A stretch of DNA of 64,000 bases from NCBI GenBank assembly GCA_024692905.1, contig JAILLY010000066.1, positions 2,912 through 66,911 of the forward strand, read 5' to 3'. The notes below the pieces were generated by a model. It searched no databases, was not told the origin of the DNA, and worked only from the letters and a program-made list of their open reading frames with translations. Shown in pieces: positions 40,304 to 48,920 of this stretch. This stretch comes from Lachnospiraceae bacterium (lineage in GTDB: Bacteria; Bacillota; Clostridia; Lachnospirales; Lachnospiraceae). Each line of letters starts with the position of its first letter. Position 1 is the stretch's first letter. The position numbers and the translations under genes were made by a program.

Positions 40304-41032
40304 TTACTCCAAATCTTTAATCTGTCTTCTGTCGGGTCCGGCCTTGGCGGCGATAATGACAGTCATGTATCCCGTATCGTCTGCGATATCTTTTGCCGGA
40401 TAAAACACCTCTTCATCGGGAAGCCCGCAGTCTTTTACGGCATATACCCTTCCTTTGCCGTCTTCCTCATACTTGATGAGTTTATCTTTAAGCGCCGCAA
40501 TATTTTTTGACACCTTCATAAAGACCCTTGTATCACCGTCATCCGGCAGTTTCTCATCGTCAAAGCCGGCCAGGATATGGAGGTTTTCCTTTCCCTCGCA
40601 CAGGGTTACCCCGAGACGGTTTGCCGCCGCGCAGAAGGATGTTACGCCGCTTATCCTCTCGACCCTGTATCCGGCGGCAATGACCGGCGCTGCTATATAG
40701 CCAAACGTCGAATAAACACTCGGGTCACCTATCGTTAAAAACGCGGCATTCCTGCCTTCATCAAGGACCTCTCCGATCTTAAGCGCCACTCTTTCATGGA
40801 ACTTATGCAGTTCCTCCTTGTCCATGCTCATCGGAAAAGGTTCAAAAATGCATTCCTTCTCCCCGATCTCATTACATATCTGCCTTGCTATCTCATAGGC
40901 ACGGCAGCCCGCACGGTCCGAAGCGGGAAGGATGAGCACATCCGCATCTCTTATGGCATTTACGGCCTTGATCGTCATCAGTTCCGGATCTCCCGGGCCG
41001 ACGCCTATACCGGTCAGTATCCCCTTTTCCAT
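40304..41032 (-). CDS. cbiL: Precorrin-2 / cobalt-factor II C20-methyltransferase
   Basis: GIGVGPGDPELMT tetrapyrrole-methylase signature. 242 aa, next to cbiC. Confidence 0.8.
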   Translation of the reverse strand: MEKGILTGIGVGPGDPELMTIKAVNAIRDADVLILPASDRAGCRAYEIARQICNEIGEKECIFEPFPMSMDKEELHKFHERVALKIGEVLDEGRNAAFLTIGDPSVYSTFGYIAAPVIAAGYRVERISGVTSFCAAANRLGVTLCEGKENLHILAGFDDEKLPDDGDTRVFMKVSKNIAALKDKLIKYEEDGKGRVYAVKDCGLPDEEVFYPAKDIADDTGYMTVIIAAKAGPDRRQIKDLE

Positions 41033-41070
41033 ATGCTCCTCCCTCCATTGATACTTTGGCTTTTATCATA

Positions 41071-41721
41071 TCATCCCAGGGCACGTATTACCAGCGCATT
41101 TATGATCGCCGCCGCAACATTGCTGCCGCCCTTTTTCCCCTTTGCCACTATGTAAGGACAGTCAAGAGTCATGATCAGTTCCTTGGCCTCCGTAACATTT
41201 ACGAAGCCTACGGGAACTCCTATTATCCCGCCCGGCTTAAGACCTTCCTCCCTGACCAGTTCATAAAGCCTTATAAGCGCAGTAGGGGCATTTCCGATAA
41301 CAAATACCGTTCCGTCTCCAAGCCCTGCTGCCTTGTCCATACTCAGATATGCACGCGTACGTCCCGTCCCTGCCGATTCCCGGGCGATATCTTCATCCTG
41401 CATATAGCAAAAGACACTGCAGCCAAAGTTCTTAAGCCGCGACATATTTATACCCGACCTTGCCATCTGCGTATCGGTAACAATGGGAAAACCGCTGCGT
41501 ATCGCTTCCGTTATTTCATCCACTGCATTCTCCGAAAAACACAGGTTGCAGGCATAATCAAGATCGGCGGTGGTATGTATAGCCCTCATCACCACCGGTG
41601 CCTTATCCTCTTCAAGAACAATGCCGCGTTTATCAAGCTCCTCCCGGATCATCTCAAAACTCTTCTTTTCTATTTCGGCCGGCGAAAGATCACCGTATCT
41701 TAATCCTTCAATTTCCTTCAT
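41071..41721 (-). CDS. cbiC: Precorrin-8X / cobalt-precorrin-8 methylmutase
   Basis: 216 aa CbiC/CobH-like (IHTTADLDY..., VIGNAPTAL, GFVNV). Confidence 0.85.
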   Translation of the reverse strand: MKEIEGLRYGDLSPAEIEKKSFEMIREELDKRGIVLEEDKAPVVMRAIHTTADLDYACNLCFSENAVDEITEAIRSGFPIVTDTQMARSGINMSRLKNFGCSVFCYMQDEDIARESAGTGRTRAYLSMDKAAGLGDGTVFVIGNAPTALIRLYELVREEGLKPGGIIGVPVGFVNVTEAKELIMTLDCPYIVAKGKKGGSNVAAAIINALVIRALG

Positions 41722-41733
41722 ATTAATATTACC

Positions 41734-43239
41734 TTATATCCCGGTTCCTTCGATCAGCCTGTAGATCTTATCAATATCAAGGCTTTGTCGCAGTACGTTC
41801 GCAAGCTTATCGTACTGCTCCTCCCTGTATTCCCCGTAGGATAAGGTCCTTTTATCGCGGCGCGATATCCCCTTTATGTCAAACAGCATATCGATCACGG
41901 CTTCCTTAAACGGTGTATCATCAAATATCCCGTGCAGGTATGTACCGATACAGCGGCCTTTTACACACCCCTCCGGCCCGTCAGTCCTTGCAAAATCCGA
42001 TCCGTCCCCGTTTAAGCGGCAGCTCCTGCCCATGTGTATCTCATATCCGTTTACGGGAAGATGCGATAATCTTTCAAACGTTCCGTTAAAGTCAAGTGTC
42101 CGGCCTTTTGTCTGCCTTGTGACCTTTGACGTCTCAAATACGGTTTCTACGGGAAGAAGTCCCATCCCCCTGATGCTTCCGCCTCCTTCGGTCCCGGATC
42201 CGTCCGTTATCTTCCGACCCATGAGCTGGTATCCGCCGCAGATGCCGAATACAATGACTCCGTGTGAATTTGCCTTAAGGATCGCCGCTTCAAGGCCGCT
42301 CTCCCTTAAGAACCTCATGTCATCTATCGTATTCTTGCTCCCCGGTATTATTATCATGTCCGGATCGCCGAGTTCTTCCGGTTCCTTTACATATCTTATA
42401 CATACATCCTCATCGGTCTCAAACGAAGCTGTATCCGTGAAATTCGATATTCGTTTAAGCCGGATGACAGCTATATCCGCCTTATAACGGCCTGCACTTA
42501 TGCGCGGCTTAAAGAGTGACTCTCCCGAAAGGGAATCCTCATCTTCAATATGGAGATCAGACCAGGGAACGACGCCGAGCACCGGCTTCCCGGTCTTTTC
42601 AGAAAGCATCGTAAGCCCGGGATCAAGCAGCGAAACATCGCCTCTGAACTTATTTATTATGAATCCAAGGACCCTGTTCCTGTGGGCTTCGTCAAGCAGC
42701 TCCATAGTCCCCACAAGCTGCGCGAACACTCCGCCACGGTCTATATCTCCGACGAGCAGGACCGCAGCGTTTGCGATATCAGCCATGCCCATGTTCACTA
42801 TGTCATTCTTGCTAAGGTTGATCTCCACAGGGCTTCCGGCACCCTCAATGACAATAATGTCGTTTTCGGCAGCAAGACCTTCGTATGCCGAACGGATGAC
42901 GGGGATATACTCCGTCTTTTTACGGTAATATTCGGAAGCACTCATATTACCGGCCGCAGACCCCATTACAATGACCTGGGATCCGGTATCCGTGGTGGGC
43001 TTAAGCAGGATAGGATTCATCCTGACATCGGGCTTTTTCCCTGATGCTTCAGCCTGCACGGCCTGTGCGCGACCGATTTCACCGCCGCTTGCGGTGATAT
43101 ATGAATTAAGCGCCATATTCTGGGACTTAAACGGCGCAGTCTTATAGCCGTCCTGAGTAAATATCCGGCATAAACCGGCCGTGATCAGGCTCTTTCCGAC
43201 ATTGCTCATAGTCCCCTGGATCATCAGTGCCCTTGCCAT
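41734..43239 (-). CDS. cobQ: Cobyric acid synthase
   Basis: MIQGTMSNVGKS N-terminus plus a GATase C-domain (GICGGYQ). Start trimmed to MARALM (ATG 43239, GGAGG upstream). Confidence 0.9.
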   Translation of the reverse strand: MARALMIQGTMSNVGKSLITAGLCRIFTQDGYKTAPFKSQNMALNSYITASGGEIGRAQAVQAEASGKKPDVRMNPILLKPTTDTGSQVIVMGSAAGNMSASEYYRKKTEYIPVIRSAYEGLAAENDIIVIEGAGSPVEINLSKNDIVNMGMADIANAAVLLVGDIDRGGVFAQLVGTMELLDEAHRNRVLGFIINKFRGDVSLLDPGLTMLSEKTGKPVLGVVPWSDLHIEDEDSLSGESLFKPRISAGRYKADIAVIRLKRISNFTDTASFETDEDVCIRYVKEPEELGDPDMIIIPGSKNTIDDMRFLRESGLEAAILKANSHGVIVFGICGGYQLMGRKITDGSGTEGGGSIRGMGLLPVETVFETSKVTRQTKGRTLDFNGTFERLSHLPVNGYEIHMGRSCRLNGDGSDFARTDGPEGCVKGRCIGTYLHGIFDDTPFKEAVIDMLFDIKGISRRDKRTLSYGEYREEQYDKLANVLRQSLDIDKIYRLIEGTGI

Positions 43240-43287
43240 TACCGCCTCCAAAGACCGATAAACGTTGTGCATCTTCCCGCGTTCAAA

Positions 43288-43318
43288 GAAGGCCCCGCCA
43301 ACGACCGGCAGGGCCTTC
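43288..43318 (-). terminator. Hairpin after metY (terminator candidate, short U-tract)
   Basis: Minus strand GAAGGCCC-tgccggtcgttggcg-GGGCCTTC followed by TTTG. Confidence 0.4.
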
Positions 43319-43375
43319 AATTCGTTACAGCAATATGATTTTATTACAAAAGGCTGATATAGTACAGTATTTTTC

Positions 43376-44659
43376 TTATCTTGCGGCAGCAAATCCTTTC
43401 TCAAGATCGGCTATGATATCATCTATGTGCTCCGTTCCGATGGAAAGACGTATCGTATTCTGCTTAATACCCTGATCGAGAAGTTCTTCGTCATTAAGCT
43501 GCGAATGGGTGGTTGAAGCGGGATGTATAACAAGACTCTTCACATCGGCAACGTTCGCAAGAAGTGAGAATATCTCGAGGTTGTCGATAAACTTCCATGC
43601 TTCATCCTTGCCGCCCTTTATCTCGAAAGTGAAGATGGACGCTCCGCCGTTGGGGAAATATCTCTCATAAAGCGCATGATCCGGATGATCTGAAAGCGAA
43701 GGATGATTTACCTTGACAACCTGAGGATGTTTGCTCAAATACTCAACAACCTTCTTAGTATTCTCCGCATGGCGCTCAAGCCTGAGGGACAGGGTCTCAA
43801 CTCCCTGAAGGAGAAGGAATGCGTTGAACGGTGAGATCGTTGCGCCGGTATCCCTTAAAAGAATGGCACGGATATAGGTTACGAATGCGGCAGGGCCGAC
43901 AACATCATAGAATGATACTCCGTGATAGCTGGGATTCGGTGCTGCGATATTGGGATACTTGCCGCTTGCCTTCCAGTCAAACTTTCCGGATTCAACTATT
44001 ATGCCGCCCAGTGTGGTACCGTGGCCGCCGATGAACTTGGTCGCCGAATGGACAACGATATCCGCTCCGTGCTCGATCGGACGGATAAGATAAGGTGTTC
44101 CGAAAGTATTGTCTATAACGAGCGGAAGCCCGTGACTGTGTGCGATCTTTGCTATCGCATCTATGTCGGGTATATCACTGTTGGGATTGCCGAGAGTCTC
44201 AAGATAGATCGCCCTTGTGTCATCCTGAATCGCGTCTTCGACTTCCTTAAGATCGTGTGCATCAACAAAAGTCGTGGTGATGCCATACTGGGGAAGCGTA
44301 TGTGCGAAAAGGTTATATGTTCCGCCGTAGATCGTCTTCTGGGCTACTATATGTCCGCCGTTTGCGGCAAGTGCCTCGATCGTATAGGTTATGGCAGCCG
44401 CTCCCGAAGCAAGTGCGAGTGCTGCGCTTCCGCCTTCAAGTGCCGCAAGCCTCTTCTCGAGGACATCCTGCGTGGTGTTCGTAAGCCTTCCGTAGATATT
44501 TCCCGCATCTGCAAGACCGAAACGGTCCGCTGCGTGTTTGCTGTTGTGGAATACATATGAAGTCGTCTGGTAGATGGGTACCGCACGCGAATCGGTTGCG
44601 GGATCCGCCTCTTCCTGTCCTACATGTAACTGAAGTGTTTCAAATCTGTAATCGCTCAT
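43376..44659 (-). CDS. metY: O-acetylhomoserine sulfhydrylase (aminocarboxypropyltransferase)
   Basis: 427 aa Cys/Met-metabolism PLP enzyme ([12 protein letters not shown] contains the PLP lysine; N-terminal [11 protein letters not shown]). Confidence 0.9.
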   Translation of the reverse strand: MSDYRFETLQLHVGQEEADPATDSRAVPIYQTTSYVFHNSKHAADRFGLADAGNIYGRLTNTTQDVLEKRLAALEGGSAALALASGAAAITYTIEALAANGGHIVAQKTIYGGTYNLFAHTLPQYGITTTFVDAHDLKEVEDAIQDDTRAIYLETLGNPNSDIPDIDAIAKIAHSHGLPLVIDNTFGTPYLIRPIEHGADIVVHSATKFIGGHGTTLGGIIVESGKFDWKASGKYPNIAAPNPSYHGVSFYDVVGPAAFVTYIRAILLRDTGATISPFNAFLLLQGVETLSLRLERHAENTKKVVEYLSKHPQVVKVNHPSLSDHPDHALYERYFPNGGASIFTFEIKGGKDEAWKFIDNLEIFSLLANVADVKSLVIHPASTTHSQLNDEELLDQGIKQNTIRLSIGTEHIDDIIADLEKGFAAAR

Positions 44660-44754
44660 TTTTTCTCTCCTTTGTTTTCTGTTATCTGAAATATATAAAT
44701 GTCAGTTGCTTCTTACGTATCCGTCCCCGCCGGGTACATGAGCCTTATCTGCAT

Positions 44755-44785
44755 AAAAAATCCCGGGGCTTATTCATCTCCCGGG
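44755..44785 (-). terminator. Attenuator terminator in the metY leader
   Basis: Minus strand CCCGGGAG-atgaataagc-CCCGGG then A-TTTTTT. Both arms have complementary partners inside the upstream leader ORF (CTCCCGGG at 44875-44868; GGGGGCTTAT at 44854-44845 pairs with ATAAGCCCC). Confidence 0.65.
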
Positions 44786-44814
44786 TAATCGGCATTCACT
44801 GGATCCAATATCCT

Positions 44815-44937
44815 TTAGATCTTATCGGGCTGATGCATCAAGACATAAGCCCCCGCCGTATTACTTACCCGGGAGTTCTGCATTCGGCAACAACACATAA
44901 TCTCATTTTCCTGTGCATATGTCCTGATACCGTTCAT
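44815..44937 (-). CDS. Cys/Met-rich leader peptide, 40 aa (MNGIRTYAQENEIMCCCRMQNSRVSNTAGAYVLMHQPDKI)
   Basis: AAGGAG lies 9 nt upstream of the ATG, and the ORF starts about 24 nt after the predicted TSS. Codons 14-19 are ATG TGT TGT TGC CGA ATG. A paralogous peptide sits at 50737-50850. Confidence 0.6.
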   Translation of the reverse strand: MNGIRTYAQENEIMCCCRMQNSRVSNTAGAYVLMHQPDKI

Positions 44938-44967
44938 CTCGTTTATCTCCTTTCGTTTGTTTTCCAT

Positions 44968-45006
44968 ATAATAACACCACCTGCCTACCGTGTCAATAGG
45001 TTTTAA
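44968..45006 (-). promoter_or_regulatory. metY promoter with conserved operator-like box (copy 1 of 3)
   Basis: Minus strand TTAAAACCTATTGACACGGTAGG (45006-44984). TTGACA (44996-44991), 17 nt spacer, TATTAT (44973-44968). Confidence 0.7.
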
Positions 45007-45030
45007 GAATAAATTTATGACTCTCCCGTA

Positions 45031-45765
45031 TCAATATTCAAAAGAGTCAAGGAAGCGTCTTGCGCGTTCCGTACGGGGATCCGTAAAGAACTCATCGGGC
45101 CTGCCCTCTTCAACTATCCTTCCGCCGTCTATGAACACGATCCTGTCGGCAACGGCCCGGGCAAAAGCCATCTCATGCGTTACTATGAGCATGGTCCTTC
45201 CTTCTTTCGCAAGCGACAGTACAACTTCAAGAACTTCGCGCACCATTTCGGGATCCAACGCCGCAGTCACCTCGTCAAAAAGAAGTATCTCGGGGTGCAT
45301 TATCAATGCCCGCACTATGGCCACCCTCTGTTTCTGTCCTCCGGAGAGCTGCCTGGGATACTGATCCTTCTTATTTGAGAGTCCGACCCGCTCAAGCAGG
45401 CTGACGGCCTCCCTGACGGCCTCATCCTTATTTCTTCCCTGAACCTTGACAGGCGCAAGGGTTATATTCTGGAGTATGGTCTTATGAGGGAAAAGATCGT
45501 AACTTTGGAATACCATCCCTATCTTCTGGCGGTCCTTTGCGATATCGACACCCGTGGGGTTTATGATTTTCCCGTCAAGCAGGACCTTCCCGTCCTCGAT
45601 CTTTTCAAGTCCGTTAAGGCACCTTAAAAATGTGCTCTTTCCGCAGCCCGAAGGCCCGACGATCACAACGACCTCGCCGGGATTTACCGTCATATTCACA
45701 TCATCAAGCACGGTATATCCGTCAAATTCCTTATGCAGATGCTCCACTGTGAGTATCGGATCCAT
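45031..45765 (-). CDS. Polar amino acid (cystine/glutamine-type) ABC transporter ATP-binding protein
   Basis: GPSGCGKST, LSGGQKQRV, LLFDE motifs, GlnQ/TcyN-like. Start trimmed to MDPILT (ATG 45765, GGAGG upstream). Confidence 0.88.
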   Translation of the reverse strand: MDPILTVEHLHKEFDGYTVLDDVNMTVNPGEVVVIVGPSGCGKSTFLRCLNGLEKIEDGKVLLDGKIINPTGVDIAKDRQKIGMVFQSYDLFPHKTILQNITLAPVKVQGRNKDEAVREAVSLLERVGLSNKKDQYPRQLSGGQKQRVAIVRALIMHPEILLFDEVTAALDPEMVREVLEVVLSLAKEGRTMLIVTHEMAFARAVADRIVFIDGGRIVEEGRPDEFFTDPRTERARRFLDSFEY

Positions 45766-45778
45766 ATCTTCCTCCTTA

Positions 45779-46465
45779 TCAGGCTGCCTTTTTCTCAAGA
45801 TACCGTGACAACAGGCTTATCGGCCAGCACGCGATAAAATACAACAGGAATACCGTTGCAAATACGCCGAATGCGGCATTCGGGGACGACTTTCTGTTGG
45901 CTTCGATTATCTGCTGCCCCACCTTTAGAACTTCAACTATACCTATCATCATGACAAGACTTGTCGTCTTTATCATACGTGTTATCAGGTTTATCGCAAG
46001 CGGCAGCAATCGCCGCACCGTCTGCGGTATGATCACATAAAGATATGTCTGGAGCCCTGTCATCCCCAGCGCATATGAACTCTCGTACTGGATGACGGGA
46101 ATGCTTATCAGGGCGCCTCTGACTAGATCTGCCATTTCAGCGCTCCCCCAGAACGTAAAAACGATGATCGACGCAGTCTCGGCCGAAAGATTCAGCCCCA
46201 TTGCCTTCGTGGCGCCGAAATACACGATGAACAAAAGCACCATCTGAGGCATTATCCGTACCGTTTCAAGATATATCCTTGATACGACCTTTATCGCGGG
46301 CTTATTGAGTGTCATGAGCATCCCGAGGACCAAACCTATGACAATGGAAAGCACAACGGATATCATGCTTATCTTAAGCGCTGCCATAAGTCCCGATAAG
46401 AGGCGCATCATATTATTTCCTTTGAACAGCACATCGATCCCGATGCTTTCGATAACCGGACTCAT
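45779..46465 (-). CDS. Amino acid ABC transporter permease (HisMQ/TcyLM type)
   Basis: 5-TM His/Glu/Gln/Arg-type permease with ATGA overlap to the upstream gene. Confidence 0.85.
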   Translation of the reverse strand: MSPVIESIGIDVLFKGNNMMRLLSGLMAALKISMISVVLSIVIGLVLGMLMTLNKPAIKVVSRIYLETVRIMPQMVLLFIVYFGATKAMGLNLSAETASIIVFTFWGSAEMADLVRGALISIPVIQYESSYALGMTGLQTYLYVIIPQTVRRLLPLAINLITRMIKTTSLVMMIGIVEVLKVGQQIIEANRKSSPNAAFGVFATVFLLYFIACWPISLLSRYLEKKAA

Positions 46466-47127
46466 ACCTGATCTCCGTAAATACCAAACCTTACTTTTTT
46501 CTCAACAAAACTTCCGAGCATCGATACCGGAAGCAGCATTATCATATAGAATACAACGAGCAGGAAAAGGCACTCCGTTGTATCATAATACAGCCCGATA
46601 AGATCCTTTGCCGTAAACATAAGATCCATGAGGCTGATCGCCGAAAACACACTGGTCTCCTTGAGTAAAAAGATTATATTTGCCATTACCGCAGGCATGG
46701 TGCTTATCACCGCCTGAGGAAGGATCACATACATGAATATCCGGCGCTTGGTAAATCCCAGCGCAAGTGCACTCTCAGTCTGGGAGACCGGCACGGCATC
46801 AAGTCCGCTCCTTAAAGACTCGGTCATATAGCTTCCGCCGAGCAGTCCGAGTCCCAAAATACCGCATGTTTCGGCCGGTATCGCGATCCCTGCCTTCGGA
46901 AGGCCGAAATATATGAAGAAGAGCTGGACAAGCAGAGGCGTATTCCTGAAAAGCTCAACATAAGCCTTTATTACCTTAGAGAGCACGGGAACCTTAAAAT
47001 GCAGCACAAAGGCGCCGGCAATACCTATTGCCAGCGACAGTGCTATTCCCGTCCATCCTATCCTTACAGTGAGGAAAAATGCCCGGACATATAACGGAAG
47101 ATATGAATTAAGGGCTCCTGTATCCAT
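46462..47127 (-). CDS. Amino acid ABC transporter permease (HisMQ/TcyLM type)
   Basis: 221 aa paralogue of the adjacent permease (FRNTPLLVQLFFIYFGLP). Confidence 0.85.
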   Translation of the reverse strand: MDTGALNSYLPLYVRAFFLTVRIGWTGIALSLAIGIAGAFVLHFKVPVLSKVIKAYVELFRNTPLLVQLFFIYFGLPKAGIAIPAETCGILGLGLLGGSYMTESLRSGLDAVPVSQTESALALGFTKRRIFMYVILPQAVISTMPAVMANIIFLLKETSVFSAISLMDLMFTAKDLIGLYYDTTECLFLLVVFYMIMLLPVSMLGSFVEKKVRFGIYGDQV

Positions 47128-47136
47128 GAACTGTTC

Positions 47137-47799
47137 CTATTTCTTCCTGTGATCGATCCCGGAAGCCACCTTCATTCCGAGATTCTGTATGATCTGGAAT
47201 ATGATTATGAGCAATGCTACGGTCACGAGCATTATATCCGTCTTCCATCTGTAATAACCGTAACGTACGGCTATATCACCAAGACCGCCTCCGCCGACGG
47301 TACCCGACATTGCCGAATATCCCAGCAGCACGCCCGTAGTGATCGTGGCGCCGGTAACCAGTGAAGTCTTTGCCTCCACAAGCAGTACCTTCAATATTAT
47401 CTGCATATTGCTTGCACCCATGGCCCTTGCGGCTTCGATAACTCCGGCATCGACTTCGTTGAGCGCCGATTCGACCATTCTTGCGATGTAGGGCGCGGCA
47501 CATACGACAAGGGGTACTATGGTAGCGGTGGAACCGTAACTCTGACCCACTAACGCCCTTGTGAACGGGATAAGGAGTATAAGCAGGATAAGGAAAGGGA
47601 TACTTCTTATTATATTGCAGAATATATCAAGGATCCTGTATATTATCCTGTTTGGCTTAAGGCCGCCGCTCCTTGTGACATTCAGGACAACGCCAAGAGG
47701 CAGTCCGACCGCATATCCCATAAGCGCGGAAACAAGAGTCATATACAGCGTGTCCCTTATACCTTCAAGCAGCATTTCTATTATCTTCTGATCAAACAC
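47137..47799 (-). CDS. metI: Methionine ABC transporter permease
   Basis: 220 aa MetI-like (EAARAMGAS...). Overlaps the metN stop. Confidence 0.85.
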   Translation of the reverse strand: MFDQKIIEMLLEGIRDTLYMTLVSALMGYAVGLPLGVVLNVTRSGGLKPNRIIYRILDIFCNIIRSIPFLILLILLIPFTRALVGQSYGSTATIVPLVVCAAPYIARMVESALNEVDAGVIEAARAMGASNMQIILKVLLVEAKTSLVTGATITTGVLLGYSAMSGTVGGGGLGDIAVRYGYYRWKTDIMLVTVALLIIIFQIIQNLGMKVASGIDHRKK

Positions 47800-48805
47800 C
47801 TTCCCTCACCTCCGTCACGGAAAGTCCCCTCTCCTTAAGATACGCGATTATATGATTCTGGATATCCTCATCATCCGGCAGTCCCAAAAGGATCTCACCC
47901 TTGGCCTTGCCGCCGACGTTCCTCGTATCGGCGCCGAGGATGTTTACCGGAGCGTTGAATTTAAGTATGACGTTGGATATCACGGGTTCGAATGCAGAGT
48001 TTTCGGAAAAGACTATCCTTATCACACGCTCCGACTTAAGGCTGTCTATCGGCGAATACCTGCTCTTTTTGTTTGCGATAAGCTCCCTGGCCACATCCGT
48101 CTTCGGTGAAGCAAATATCTCCTCAACCAGTCCCTCCTCAACAAGACGGCCGTTCTCGATTATCGCAACCTTGCTGCAGATATCGGTGATGACGGACATC
48201 TGATGAGTTATGACCACGATCGTGATATTCAGTTTCTCGTTTATCTCCTTAAGAAGAGAAAGGATCGACTCTGTGGTCTGGGGATCGAGCGCACTCGTTG
48301 CCTCATCACACAGAAGTATATCCGGATTTGTCGCAAGTGCTCTTGCTATCGCTACACGCTGCTTCTGTCCGCCCGAAAGCTGTGACGGGTATGACTTTTC
48401 CTTATCGGAAAGATTGACCGTATCAAGCAGCTCCCTTGCCTTCTCCCTTGCCTTTTTCTTCGGCATCCCGGATATCTCAAGAGGAAAGCAGACATTATCG
48501 ATCACGTTCTTCTGCTCAAGCAGATTGAAACCCTGAAAGATCATGCCTATATCCCTTCGTTTTATCCTGAGTTCCTTTTCCGAAAGCTTTGAGAGATCGG
48601 TACCGCCTATGAGTACACGGCCTTCATTTGGTACCTCAAGATAATTGATCGAGCGGACCAGCGTACTCTTGCCGGCCCCGGACATACCTATTATCCCGTA
48701 TATCTCACCCTTTTCGATACTGAGGCTGACATCATTAAGCGCAACGATCTCATGGCCTCCCGCTTCAAACCTTTTGGTCAGGTTCTTGATCTCTATCTCA
48801 CTCAT
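47792..48805 (-). CDS. metN: Methionine ABC transporter ATP-binding protein with C-terminal NIL domain
   Basis: GMSGAGKST, LSGGQKQRV, LLCDE, plus a NIL-type C-terminus (VIRIVFSENS...ILGADTRNVGG). Confidence 0.9.
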   Translation of the reverse strand: MSEIEIKNLTKRFEAGGHEIVALNDVSLSIEKGEIYGIIGMSGAGKSTLVRSINYLEVPNEGRVLIGGTDLSKLSEKELRIKRRDIGMIFQGFNLLEQKNVIDNVCFPLEISGMPKKKAREKARELLDTVNLSDKEKSYPSQLSGGQKQRVAIARALATNPDILLCDEATSALDPQTTESILSLLKEINEKLNITIVVITHQMSVITDICSKVAIIENGRLVEEGLVEEIFASPKTDVARELIANKKSRYSPIDSLKSERVIRIVFSENSAFEPVISNVILKFNAPVNILGADTRNVGGKAKGEILLGLPDDEDIQNHIIAYLKERGLSVTEVREGV

Positions 48806-48843
48806 ATTAAACTCCTGCCGTTCATATTAAAATTTCAATCCCC

Positions 48844-48871
48844 ATTATACACGAAAAGCATGGATTGTGAA
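48844..48871 (-). promoter_or_regulatory. Candidate internal promoter ahead of metN
   Basis: Minus strand TTCACA (48871-48866), 16 nt spacer, TATAAT (48849-48844). Confidence 0.4.
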
Positions 48872-48881
48872 CCCGGCCCGG

Positions 48882-48913
48882 AAAAATATCCGGGAGGGCT
48901 TATGCCCTCCCGG
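48882..48913 (-). terminator. Intra-operon terminator/attenuating hairpin after the fused SBP gene
   Basis: Minus strand CCGGGAGGGC-ataa-GCCCTCCCGG (10-bp stem) then ATATTTTT. It starts 8 nt after the SBP stop. Confidence 0.7.
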
Positions 48914-48920
48914 GAGATAT

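Noticed and set aside
43240-43375. Cobalamin riboswitch upstream of cobQ
   Set aside because: The region is only about 135 nt and is mostly occupied by the metY terminator hairpin. I saw no B12 box (AGYCMGGAGACCKGCC-like) or GCCACTG core.
44660-44960. S-box (SAM-I) riboswitch or Met T-box in the metY and transporter leaders (also 50610-50880)
   Set aside because: I could not find the SAM-I cores (GGTGCYAATTCC, AGAGGGA...CTGGCCC) or a T-box sequence (AATTAGGGTGGTACCGCG) or specifier architecture. The leader ORF plus terminator/antiterminator model explains the conserved segments better. A covariance-model scan would settle it.
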